A DNA stretch of 64,000 nucleotides from Promethearchaeota archaeon (GTDB taxonomy: Archaea; Asgardarchaeota; Lokiarchaeia; Sigyniarchaeales; SOKP01): assembly GCA_011364925.1 (NCBI GenBank), contig RDOA01000002.1:32001-96000 (forward strand). The letters run 5' to 3'. The translations under genes and the position numbers were made by a program. Under the pieces are notes generated by a model, which saw only the letters and a list, made by a program, of their open reading frames with translations, did no database searches and was not told the origin of the DNA. Below, piece by piece: positions 50,974 through 60,044 of this stretch. Position 1 is the first letter of the stretch. Every line of letters begins with the position of its first letter.

Positions 50974-52383
50974 TTACAACAAGTTATCTGACTTCTTCAT
51001 TAGTTCATTCTTCTTTTTACGCAGTCTTTTAGCCTGGACTGCGATAGTTTCAAGAAGTCTTATTTGGTTAGAGGCTAACCATGGGCCTTCACAATCCACG
51101 GCAGCGTATGGAACATCACTCTTATTGGCCAAAGGTCTTATGATTGCTTGAGAATTCATAGCAGGTTGGCAATTAAATGTTCCAAGGTTTATTAAGCCAT
51201 CGTAAATGTTTTCCTTAAGAGAATACAAAAACCTACCAACAATTTGTGGTGTTTCAGTCATACTGTTTGAGGATACATATTTATTACCTTCTTCTAGGAG
51301 TTTATCAATTTCGATATAGGAATCGAACAATAATCCTGATCTACTCATTATTCTTCTGTACATCTTACATTGAGTATCAATAAAATTTATCATACTCTTG
51401 GTTCTTTTCGCTCTTACTGCCTCTTTTTGTTCTTTTTCGTTTAATTCAGAAAAATTAATTAAGGCCTCATCGAACTGATCTTTTGGGGTGAGAAGTCCTT
51501 TACTAAACCCAAACCTTATTGTATTTTCGGACAAAAGTAAAGTCATCCCTTCTGAAACATCAGCAACCTTTGTTATAATTCCTTTCTGAAGGAAAAATTC
51601 TTCAATTGGATAATGATCAAACATTAAGTTCAATCCCCCAAAGATTAAAATTTTAGTAGTCTCTTCGACTTTAGCTTTTAAAGGGATTTTCGCAACTTCT
51701 TTTGCCCACCTTACTAAACCAGTTTTTATGGTTTTTTCCCCCATTCTCACGCTTTCAATGAAGTTGGTTGTAATTTCTTCGAAAGTGTTCAAAGCAGAGT
51801 ATTCATCCTCAGCCGTACATCGTAGGGCGTTCCGCGCTTCAATTATATACTGTCCGATTATAAAATTGAGCTTTTCTTGCGCAATAAAGTCTTTATTCAA
51901 TCCTAGATAATTATTATAATAATTAGGTATCTGGTAGAATAACACATTTTTCAGATTCAGTCGTTTTGAAAAGTTTTTCCATATAACTGGCCATGCACCA
52001 TTCTGACACGGGCCATCTTGATCTATGGGAGTAATATAAATAGTGATCTCGTTTTCAGATCTATTCTCATGAATATCTTTCAATATCTCACCAGCAATAG
52101 CAACACACGCAAGACATTCTCTTCCAGAACAGATCTTCTTACCGTATTGTAGAGTGGAGGTGTTAGTTTCTTTGCTGATACGGACATTCTTATTGTGTGA
52201 AGCGTACAAATCTTTAACAAGACGTATCCCATAAGAATTTCTTGGTTCTGGCAAAACATAGACAATTCTTGGATCACTAAAGTCAACGCTATTTCCATCG
52301 CTGTCTATAATAGAACCATTATGAACTTCAGCCGATTTTACTTTTTGAATATCTTCGATTTTAAATTTCTTTATATCAGACAT
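50974..52383 (-). CDS. PlsR-like reductase subunit 2, set C
   Basis: SGRECLAC, DGPCQNGAW, ET...VG, FNCQPA, AAVDCEG; 17 bp downstream of the PlsA-like gene. Confidence 0.8.
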   Translation of the reverse strand: MSDIKKFKIEDIQKVKSAEVHNGSIIDSDGNSVDFSDPRIVYVLPEPRNSYGIRLVKDLYASHNKNVRISKETNTSTLQYGKKICSGRECLACVAIAGEILKDIHENRSENEITIYITPIDQDGPCQNGAWPVIWKNFSKRLNLKNVLFYQIPNYYNNYLGLNKDFIAQEKLNFIIGQYIIEARNALRCTAEDEYSALNTFEEITTNFIESVRMGEKTIKTGLVRWAKEVAKIPLKAKVEETTKILIFGGLNLMFDHYPIEEFFLQKGIITKVADVSEGMTLLLSENTIRFGFSKGLLTPKDQFDEALINFSELNEKEQKEAVRAKRTKSMINFIDTQCKMYRRIMSRSGLLFDSYIEIDKLLEEGNKYVSSNSMTETPQIVGRFLYSLKENIYDGLINLGTFNCQPAMNSQAIIRPLANKSDVPYAAVDCEGPWLASNQIRLLETIAVQAKRLRKKKNELMKKSDNLL

Positions 52384-52400
52384 TTTTCTATTAAAATTCT

Positions 52401-55334
52401 CTAGCTTGTTAATTCAAATTTTTTACGTCGTTCTTCAATTATATCAAGAAATGCTTCTACCCGTGTTTCAAAACCAGCATGTGCAGTATGTGAATCAATC
52501 TCAAGATAACAAAATGTAGATCCTGCAAGCTCCTGTCGAAATTGATGATACATTGTACCGTCAGGACCACAAGAAAAACAGGAAACCATACAAATATAGA
52601 CATTTGGATTTTTTTTTGCGAAATTTACTGCATTATCGATCTGTTGAGTAAAAAGCCATGCATTTCGTTCATGATTAGCCGTTAGTAGTGGTAAAATATC
52701 AACTGGAATAGCATGATATCCTCTACTTGCAATTTTCTGAGGAAGTGCAATATTAATATCATTAGGATAGATTACATAAGGTCTTCCAGCAATTATTACA
52801 CTTGGTTCCTTGATTAATTTATCTAGTAGTTTTTCTCCTAACTCATGATACTTCCGAATAAACTTTTTATAATGAGAAAAAGCCCGTTTACCTGCTTCTA
52901 TTCCTACACTCCTTTCTAATCCGAGTTGAATCGCAACTTGCCCCAATTCTTGTAATGTTGTTTGTAAATATCGTTTCGATGTGCTTATATGAGGTGCTAA
53001 AATTCTATCTTGCTCGTTCTCAAACGCAGCTCGAACAACATCAGATATAACAGCTGTTGAGCTGCAGGTATACCCGTGAAGATATCCATCTGTAGGTTCG
53101 AATTCAAAAGTTCGAGGTAAAAATATATATTCGATTCCTTGGTTGATAAGATCTAGTACTGCTCCATGCGTTAATTCACCAGGATAACATATCGATGCCA
53201 ATGTTTTAGTATTTCCTAATGTATTTGATTTTGATAACACTACATCGAATCCCAATTCATTAATAAATTTGGTATAAAAGGGAAAAAGTGAATGTGTAGT
53301 TAAAACCATTGGTAAACCAATAGATCCTAGTGAATTTTTAAGAGCAGTTGGTCCAAATTCATCGTAAATCATTGAGTTCCTTATCTCTACTAGATTTTTA
53401 CCTAGTTTTATCTTTTTGCCTCTCTGACGCAATAGCTTGTATTTTGAACATAATCCACCAAACGGATAGGTATTGCCTCTTATGGAAATGTTTTGGATCT
53501 CGCAATTGTTTTCACATGCATTACACCTAAATGTGCTCTTTACTTTCATCTCTCCATGTAGAAGATCCCTTAAATTAAAATTATGTTCAGAGATTTCTTC
53601 GTTTCTTAAAAGATCGAGAGCCATTAGAGCAGAACCTATACTTCCCATAAGCTCGGGATGGGCTGGAACAATAATTTTTCGTTGAACTCGATCAGCAATG
53701 GCTAATGCAACAGCTTTATTTAAAGCAAGGCCTCCCAGAAATAAGATATTTTCACCAATTTGGCGGGATCCAATGATCCTCGAAATATAATTATCAGCAA
53801 TTGAATAAACAAGACCTGCAACAACATCCTCTCGTTTAGCGCCTTGCTGTAGTGCGTTTCTTAAATCAGTATTAATAAAAGCTGCACATCTTTCCCCAAA
53901 TGAAATTGGCTGAGAGCTGGTTAGAGCAATTTCACTGATTTTTTCGACTGGAATCCCCATATCTACTGACGCAGATTCTTCTAAAAAACTCCCAGTTCCG
54001 GCAGAACACCCTTCATTCATAGCATAATCAATAGGAACACCTTTTAAAAAGGAAATAAATTTTGAATCTTGCCCACCAATTTCAAAGACAGTATCGATTC
54101 CAAGTAATTCTTCCGTAGCGGATCGTGCGTGAGCTAATATTTCGTTAAAACTTCGACAATTATCCAAATACACTGAAACCATTTCTCTCGCTGACCCTGT
54201 TACACCGCATTGAATTATATTAATCGTAGTATTGCCAATTTGTTCTAAAAGTATCTCTAGACACTGTTTTGTTGATACAATGGGATTCCCTAAAGTTCTT
54301 AAATACGCACTAGCTCCAATGGAACTATCTTTTACATTGAATAGAACTGCTTTTGTAGTAGTTGATCCGGCGTCTAAACCTAATATATAGGATCCATTTT
54401 TAACAATTCTCATTTTAGTAGCTGGTTCTACTCGATAATCTAATAAATTTTCAATACTGGTAAGGGTTTTAGTAGTTTCAAAGACCGACTCCTTTTGTTC
54501 AATCAAATTTTCACTCCTTTGAGTATCATTTTGAATCTCAGACGCATATAGAGCCGCTCCAAAGACTTCAAGAAATGGGCTTTCTGATAAAACTTCAATA
54601 TCAGAGGATGGAAGAAAGTTTTGCATACTTTCGATAAAATACTTATTTAAAGAAACCCCACCCGTGATAACTATTAAATCAGTTGGCCATTGAGCACTCT
54701 CAATCATTTCACTCACTTTTCTTGCTAAATCGTGTATTAATGTTTTTGCGATGTCTTCTTTTTTACATTCTCCTTTGTTAAGTTTATGCGTCGCGTCAGA
54801 TTTACAATGCACCGAACATCGAGTTGCTAATTGAACTAACTGCCCCTTTGAACTTTCCTCAATTCCCTGCTTTACAGAGAGACCCATCCTTTCAAGTTGC
54901 TGGACGATAAATTCTCCTGTTCCAGCGGCACATTTAGAGGTTGAAATAATATTCTTAATAACGCCATTTTTCATTGGGTATATACTAAATGTTTCGCCTC
55001 CTAAAGAAAGAAGTAAATCGGGTTTTAAATTATAATATTGCAGTGCTTTTTCAAAGCATTCTACTTCAGAATAATAGGGAAAATCGAAAAATTGTTTTGC
55101 AACATTTCCTGTCATAACGATATTTGAATCACCATTGGTATTATGACGTTTAAAAATCTCTCTAATTTTTTCTCTAGGGAAACCCTCATGACGCAAAACT
55201 TCATTTATTATCGTTCCGTCTTGGGAAATTCGAACCCATTTTACAGAAACCGCCCCTATCTCTAATCCCTCATAATACTTATACTTGTACGAGACTTCTT
55301 TTGTGAAACTTTCGTTTGACATTAGGATCATCAA
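52401..55334 (-). CDS. PlsA/Ger-like protein: activator 1 - activator 2 - DUF2229 reductase 1, set C
   Basis: Act1 KCAAGTGEF/RCSVHC; Act2 GLDAGSTTTK, EIGGQDSK, NEGCSAGTGSFLEE, RCAAF; CNACENNC; Red1 CYPGE.THG, GRPY, CFSCGPD, EIDSHTAHAGFETRVEAF. Confidence 0.88.
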   Translation of the reverse strand: MMILMSNESFTKEVSYKYKYYEGLEIGAVSVKWVRISQDGTIINEVLRHEGFPREKIREIFKRHNTNGDSNIVMTGNVAKQFFDFPYYSEVECFEKALQYYNLKPDLLLSLGGETFSIYPMKNGVIKNIISTSKCAAGTGEFIVQQLERMGLSVKQGIEESSKGQLVQLATRCSVHCKSDATHKLNKGECKKEDIAKTLIHDLARKVSEMIESAQWPTDLIVITGGVSLNKYFIESMQNFLPSSDIEVLSESPFLEVFGAALYASEIQNDTQRSENLIEQKESVFETTKTLTSIENLLDYRVEPATKMRIVKNGSYILGLDAGSTTTKAVLFNVKDSSIGASAYLRTLGNPIVSTKQCLEILLEQIGNTTINIIQCGVTGSAREMVSVYLDNCRSFNEILAHARSATEELLGIDTVFEIGGQDSKFISFLKGVPIDYAMNEGCSAGTGSFLEESASVDMGIPVEKISEIALTSSQPISFGERCAAFINTDLRNALQQGAKREDVVAGLVYSIADNYISRIIGSRQIGENILFLGGLALNKAVALAIADRVQRKIIVPAHPELMGSIGSALMALDLLRNEEISEHNFNLRDLLHGEMKVKSTFRCNACENNCEIQNISIRGNTYPFGGLCSKYKLLRQRGKKIKLGKNLVEIRNSMIYDEFGPTALKNSLGSIGLPMVLTTHSLFPFYTKFINELGFDVVLSKSNTLGNTKTLASICYPGELTHGAVLDLINQGIEYIFLPRTFEFEPTDGYLHGYTCSSTAVISDVVRAAFENEQDRILAPHISTSKRYLQTTLQELGQVAIQLGLERSVGIEAGKRAFSHYKKFIRKYHELGEKLLDKLIKEPSVIIAGRPYVIYPNDINIALPQKIASRGYHAIPVDILPLLTANHERNAWLFTQQIDNAVNFAKKNPNVYICMVSCFSCGPDGTMYHQFRQELAGSTFCYLEIDSHTAHAGFETRVEAFLDIIEERRKKFELTS

Positions 55335-55479
55335 ATATTATTGGATAATTGTTTAAAATCTTCTCAAAGGGAGTACCGAATTTAATTTAATTCCAAATTT
55401 AGAATATCTATTCAATAATTCCTTAGTTTATCTAAATTGCTTAAAATTATGATATAATGGTTAAGCACATATGGTTATA

Positions 55480-55526
55480 TTTTACTTAGATACTTATTTA
55501 ATCAAAATTGAAGTGTTGTATATAAA
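55480..55526 (-). promoter_or_regulatory. Promoter of the PlsA-like gene with box B copy 4 (55480-55506) and TATA-like TTTATATA (55519-55526)
   Basis: TTTTACTTAGATACTTATTTAATCAAA matches box B of the other three units. Confidence 0.55.
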
Positions 55527-55715
55527 TGTTTTCCTACACTTGCAACGGGTAGAATCTCTTAATTTTTGCCGAATCCTTGTTCACTGAATGAACATTCATT
55601 TATTTTGCATTGTTCTTTGCAATTTATCGAAAAATAGTATAATACGATAAATCCTAGACAAAGTTGAAATTTAAGACTTATCAAAAAAAAGAGGTACAAA
55701 ATACAAGTTTGGAAC

Positions 55716-56792
55716 CTATACTTCTTGTTTTGAGCGAATAATTAAATGTTGCTTTTGGTTTAAGTCCTTTCTTCTTTTCTTTCTTCTAATCATTTCAACA
55801 AAACTTTCTACTCTTGTCAATAATCCAGCTTCTCCCGAATGTTCATCCATCGTAATCTCCAAGAAAGGAAGTCCAACAACTTTCATATCGCGCATGATTA
55901 ATTCTGAAATTAGACTATCTGGACCACAAGCAAAACTTATTAAGAAAATAACTCCATCAATTTCGTCTCGACCTTCAGTGAGGAAATATCGGATGCTTTG
56001 CATGATTTCTTCTTCATGGCGCCAGTAATTTCGAAGTTTCCCACCTTTTGGGTTGACGATAACAGGTTTCTTAAAAATGAATTCTGGTAAGTTTTCGATA
56101 GTGATAACTTCTACTCCTTGATCTTGTAACTTTTTCTGAAAATCAAGGTTGATGAAAGTATCGAATATGTTGTAAGCATGTCCTAATAGTAAAAACTTTA
56201 TATCACCAGTGAGTTTTCTCTTAGGTAAGGTAAAAGAGCGATTCCTTTCAGCTAACCGTAGTGCATAATTGACCGAAGCGCCGTTTCTCAAAAATTCGTG
56301 ATACTCGTCAAAATACCTTTGGGCTTCTCTATACGCGTTTAAAGATTGATTTTGAGTTTTTCCTAACTGACTACCGAGTTCAATTGCGGCTGCTGATATA
56401 GGAAACTCTTTAACATTTACCTCAAAGTTCAAAATTTTTGGAACTCCCGGTAAAATTTTAATTACATCGGGTAATGATAAGAATTTTGGGCAAAAATACG
56501 AATCTTTTGTTTCAGAAACATATCTCGGTACAAAAATATAGTCTAAATCAGGGTGTTCTTCTATTAGTTTGATAACTTGTCCGTAGTAAATCTTAACGGG
56601 AATGCATAACTCTCCAAATCCATGAGTTACGCCTTCCTCAACTATTTTTTTGTTTGTAAGGGGACTTATAACGATTTCGGCATCTAGCTCTTCTAAGATC
56701 TTTTTCCAAAACGGAAAATACCTGTAAAAATGAAGCGCTCTCGGTATCCCCACTTTGAATTTTTTCTTAGTGGACGGTTGTGGAACTTCCAT
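55716..56792 (-). CDS. Stand-alone DUF2229 reductase domain 1, set A
   Basis: VGIPRAL, CIPVKIYYG, CPKFLSLPD, GHAYN, SFACGPDS, MDEHSGEAGLLTRVESF. Confidence 0.88.
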   Translation of the reverse strand: MEVPQPSTKKKFKVGIPRALHFYRYFPFWKKILEELDAEIVISPLTNKKIVEEGVTHGFGELCIPVKIYYGQVIKLIEEHPDLDYIFVPRYVSETKDSYFCPKFLSLPDVIKILPGVPKILNFEVNVKEFPISAAAIELGSQLGKTQNQSLNAYREAQRYFDEYHEFLRNGASVNYALRLAERNRSFTLPKRKLTGDIKFLLLGHAYNIFDTFINLDFQKKLQDQGVEVITIENLPEFIFKKPVIVNPKGGKLRNYWRHEEEIMQSIRYFLTEGRDEIDGVIFLISFACGPDSLISELIMRDMKVVGLPFLEITMDEHSGEAGLLTRVESFVEMIRRKKRRKDLNQKQHLIIRSKQEV

Positions 56793-56813
56793 GTTAACAC
56801 ATCCCCTTAAGTT

Positions 56814-58493
56814 CTATGCATCTGGGCTATCATAAAGCAATAAATCTTTAATTTGAGCCATCATATTGGCAGTTAGACGCTTTAATTCTTCGTAGTCCGG
56901 CATAGGTTTACCCCAATATTTTTTGTGCTCCATGAATAAAGGTCCTGCTTTTAAGATATGACCTGTGTAGAAATTCAACATTTTCGCGTGTTTGGGATAG
57001 ATGTCTTCCGTTCCCGTTATCCCGATCAGTACGATTGGAACTTGTTTTTCGATCGCTAAACGCATCGCTCCGGTGTGACCCTCCAATAGTTCTCCGCCAC
57101 CAGGATTAGTAGTTCCCTCAGGATAAACTACACATAATTCTCCTTTGTCCAATACACTTTTTGCGTAATTGAATGAATCTATATCGTGTTGACCGCGTTT
57201 AAGTGGGAAAGCGTGATGGTTTCTAATCCACGCGTTAACAAGCGGCGGTTTGAATAAGGTTTGTTTTGCCATCTGATATAAAACCCGTTTACTATGATAG
57301 ATTAAACTCGTTGCTAAGATAATTACATCCCATTCAGAATTGTGGTTAGTGCACACGACAGCAGCTCCTTCTTCGGGTATATATTTTTCGAAATCAATTA
57401 CTTTATAGGGCATCATCAGTTCACACCAATTGTGGACTAACCAACCCGAGAAGTTTTGGACAGTTCTCTGAAATTGATCTCGAACTCCAAAAACCTCCAA
57501 TGTCTTTAAAAACGAATACCATATATCGTCGAAAAGTTGTAATGTACCTATTCCAACATCTTTTAAATAACCCTTGAAGGAGAACGAATCTTTAGGTTTT
57601 TGGGCGTCTTCTGGAGAACCGATTGATAATTCCTCTTCTTTCTTTTGCTTTCTCGGATCTACAATAACGTAATCTCGCAAATCTAGTACTACTTGACGTA
57701 ATTCAGTGGTTAGTCTTTTTATTTCTTCGTATGATACTTTGTTAATATCGTATTTGTCGTAATATATTGGGTCTCCTACGCGCACTTTAACTTGAGTTGG
57801 CTTCATTACAAGTTTGCCTTTGGGTAACGCATTTCTCGATCCTATAACTGCCATAGGAACTATAGGTACTTTCGTCTCAATGGCTAGTCGAACCGCTCCT
57901 GTTTTAAATTCTCCGAGCTCCCAACCTGTCTCTTCTCGAGATCGTGTCCCTTCAGGGAAAATGCCAACCCACTCTCCATTACGTATAATCTCCTTAGCTG
58001 TCTCCCACCCTTGCTCAGGATTTTCTCGGTCTAATTTAAACGCTCCGAGATTAGTAAATAAGGTTCTTACTAAAGGAGTTTTGAAATTGTCCAACTTACT
58101 CATGTATCGGATTCGTCTGTGGCACGCAGCACCATAGAAGAACGGGTCTAAATGGCTTTCATGGTTTCCCACTAGGATGCCCGGACCATATTCAGGGAAC
58201 ATATTCCCTTGTGGGTATTCTGCTTTAAAATTCCACAAAAGACGAGCAAAAAACTTAATATAGATAAACGCAGCCCACCATTGGAGTTGTCCTTCAATAT
58301 CTTCAACGTCTAATCGTTTAATAGCTTTGCGGTAAAGGTCGTTTAAGGGATCAATAGGATTATACTTTAATACCTTATAAGTTGCGTTTTGATGTCGTTT
58401 TCCGAAGTCTAATTCTTCTTGTTCCTTTTCTTCAGTAGTTTTAACTAAACGCGTTTCTTCAGTAGTTTTAAATTCTTCTTCTTCTAGTACCAT
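56814..58493 (-). CDS. plsC: Tandem double-domain PlsC-family glycerolipid acyltransferase
   Basis: Domain 1 NHESHLD...FPEGTRS; domain 2 NHNSEWD...YPEGTTN; both HX4D motifs intact. Confidence 0.93.
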   Translation of the reverse strand: MVLEEEEFKTTEETRLVKTTEEKEQEELDFGKRHQNATYKVLKYNPIDPLNDLYRKAIKRLDVEDIEGQLQWWAAFIYIKFFARLLWNFKAEYPQGNMFPEYGPGILVGNHESHLDPFFYGAACHRRIRYMSKLDNFKTPLVRTLFTNLGAFKLDRENPEQGWETAKEIIRNGEWVGIFPEGTRSREETGWELGEFKTGAVRLAIETKVPIVPMAVIGSRNALPKGKLVMKPTQVKVRVGDPIYYDKYDINKVSYEEIKRLTTELRQVVLDLRDYVIVDPRKQKKEEELSIGSPEDAQKPKDSFSFKGYLKDVGIGTLQLFDDIWYSFLKTLEVFGVRDQFQRTVQNFSGWLVHNWCELMMPYKVIDFEKYIPEEGAAVVCTNHNSEWDVIILATSLIYHSKRVLYQMAKQTLFKPPLVNAWIRNHHAFPLKRGQHDIDSFNYAKSVLDKGELCVVYPEGTTNPGGGELLEGHTGAMRLAIEKQVPIVLIGITGTEDIYPKHAKMLNFYTGHILKAGPLFMEHKKYWGKPMPDYEELKRLTANMMAQIKDLLLYDSPDA

Positions 58494-58506
58494 TTTTTAC
58501 ACACTT

Positions 58507-59289
58507 TTAGGATTTTATTTTTACACTATTTTTAGTGCTCGAATCGGATATATTCTTTTTTTCAATTAACTTTTTTAATTCCTCTAGTGAATCAATTAAT
58601 AAATCGGGTTCGAATTCTGCTAACATCTCTTTTTTACTAACACCGCTTGCGACTCCGATCGTCCAAACTCCAGCTTCTCTCCCAGCTTGGATATCTGAAG
58701 GCATATCCCCAATCATTACAAACTCTTTCAAATTACACGATTTGTAAGTCTCGAAAACGGGATTTAGAGCTGTTGGATCGGGTTTCAAATTAGGGAGAAG
58801 ATCAGCTCCAAAAACACCTTTAAAAACGCTTTTAACCTTGTTTTCTTCAAGATGAGGAATGATATTCTTAGTCTGATTATGTGATACGATAAAAAAGTCG
58901 TACGATTTCTTGTATTTACTAATGAAATCGGTTGCTTCGGGGTAAAAGGGTGCTTCTTTAGCTAATGTTAAGTATCGAGTAAATATTTTTACCGCTATTC
59001 TTAATTTTTTAAAGAATGTTAATGATTGGAGCGAAGTAATGTATTTAAACAATTCAAAAGATTCTAATATGATTTTAGGAAGTGGCGTTCCTTGGATTAT
59101 CTCCATTAAAGCTCCGATCTCTTGCATCGTAGTTTCAATATTGGTCTTAATCTGCTTCTCTTCGTAGACTTCTTCTATTGATTTCTGAAGTGATTCTCTT
59201 ATATCGAGGACAGTTCCGTCAAAATCGAAAATAATACCTCGAATTGTCCCATTTTGAAGCCGCTTTACTAATTGATTGTCAGAGATCAT
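58507..59289 (-). CDS. HAD-superfamily phosphatase (Gph-like), first gene of the lipid operon
   Basis: FDFDGT, VSH, KPDP, IGDMPSD...G..AG; 13 bp upstream of the double PlsC. Confidence 0.92.
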   Translation of the reverse strand: MISDNQLVKRLQNGTIRGIIFDFDGTVLDIRESLQKSIEEVYEEKQIKTNIETTMQEIGALMEIIQGTPLPKIILESFELFKYITSLQSLTFFKKLRIAVKIFTRYLTLAKEAPFYPEATDFISKYKKSYDFFIVSHNQTKNIIPHLEENKVKSVFKGVFGADLLPNLKPDPTALNPVFETYKSCNLKEFVMIGDMPSDIQAGREAGVWTIGVASGVSKKEMLAEFEPDLLIDSLEELKKLIEKKNISDSSTKNSVKIKS

Positions 59290-59596
59290 TTTTTATTAAA
59301 AATCGGCCGAATTTTTAATAACTATTAAATTAATAATAGGTGAATTATCTTTACTTAAGTGATTTTCTATATAAAAAGATAATGATTATGTTTAAAGTAT
59401 GAAAAGTATGTAAAGTTTTAGCAGAAAAAATGGAAAAGCTTGATAATTTTTAAAAAAAAAATTTCAAATTTTGACTATCTTACATCTGTTTGCGATACTT
59501 CACATTTTTAGACCATGTATCCATGGTATTATTCCTTTAATATAAGATTCTTAAATATTATGTCGAAAAATAATTATTTAATTAGAGGTATTGAGT

Positions 59597-59764
59597 ATGG
59601 AATGGCAAAAACAATATCAGAAGGATAAATATCGTCACGTCAATTTCCTTGAAACTCTTCCCATTAAGGAAGAAAAGATTCTAAAACTATTTCTTAAGAG
59701 AAATCAAAATCCGATTGATCTAGCGCATCAAATGTCTCATCCATATGATGAGAATCATATATAG
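59597..59764 (+). pseudogene. Short ORF (55 aa), possible decayed gene
   Basis: GAGGT 7 nt before ATG; MEWQKQYQKDKYRHVNFLETLP...; stop-interrupted coding-like sequence continues to about 59935. Confidence 0.3.
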
Positions 59765-60044
59765 TAAGTGCGAATCAATTTTAAATAAGTTTTCTATTCA
59801 ATCTCTATTTAATTTGAGGACCCTGCAAAATTGATATTGTTTATAGGGACAATCATAGATACCGCAGTTAATTCCGTTCACTTAGGATTAGTTGCTAGGT
59901 TAAACAAAGACACTGGAAAAAAGCTCTTAAATTAATATTTACTACGGGTTTTTAAATATTTGTAATTATGAACATTAAAATATATTATCACTTATTATTA
60001 AGTTGGTAAAATATAACCAAAATCTATGCGATTAGGTTTTTAAA

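Noticed and set aside
39133-56792. Calling the cluster 2-hydroxyacyl-CoA dehydratase (HgdABC) or benzoyl-CoA reductase
   Set aside because: The partner subunits are DUF2229/PlsR-type rather than recognisable HgdA/B or BcrB/C, and the neighbours are glycerolipid acyltransferases, not CoA-transferases or aromatic-ring enzymes. Not formally excluded without phylogeny.
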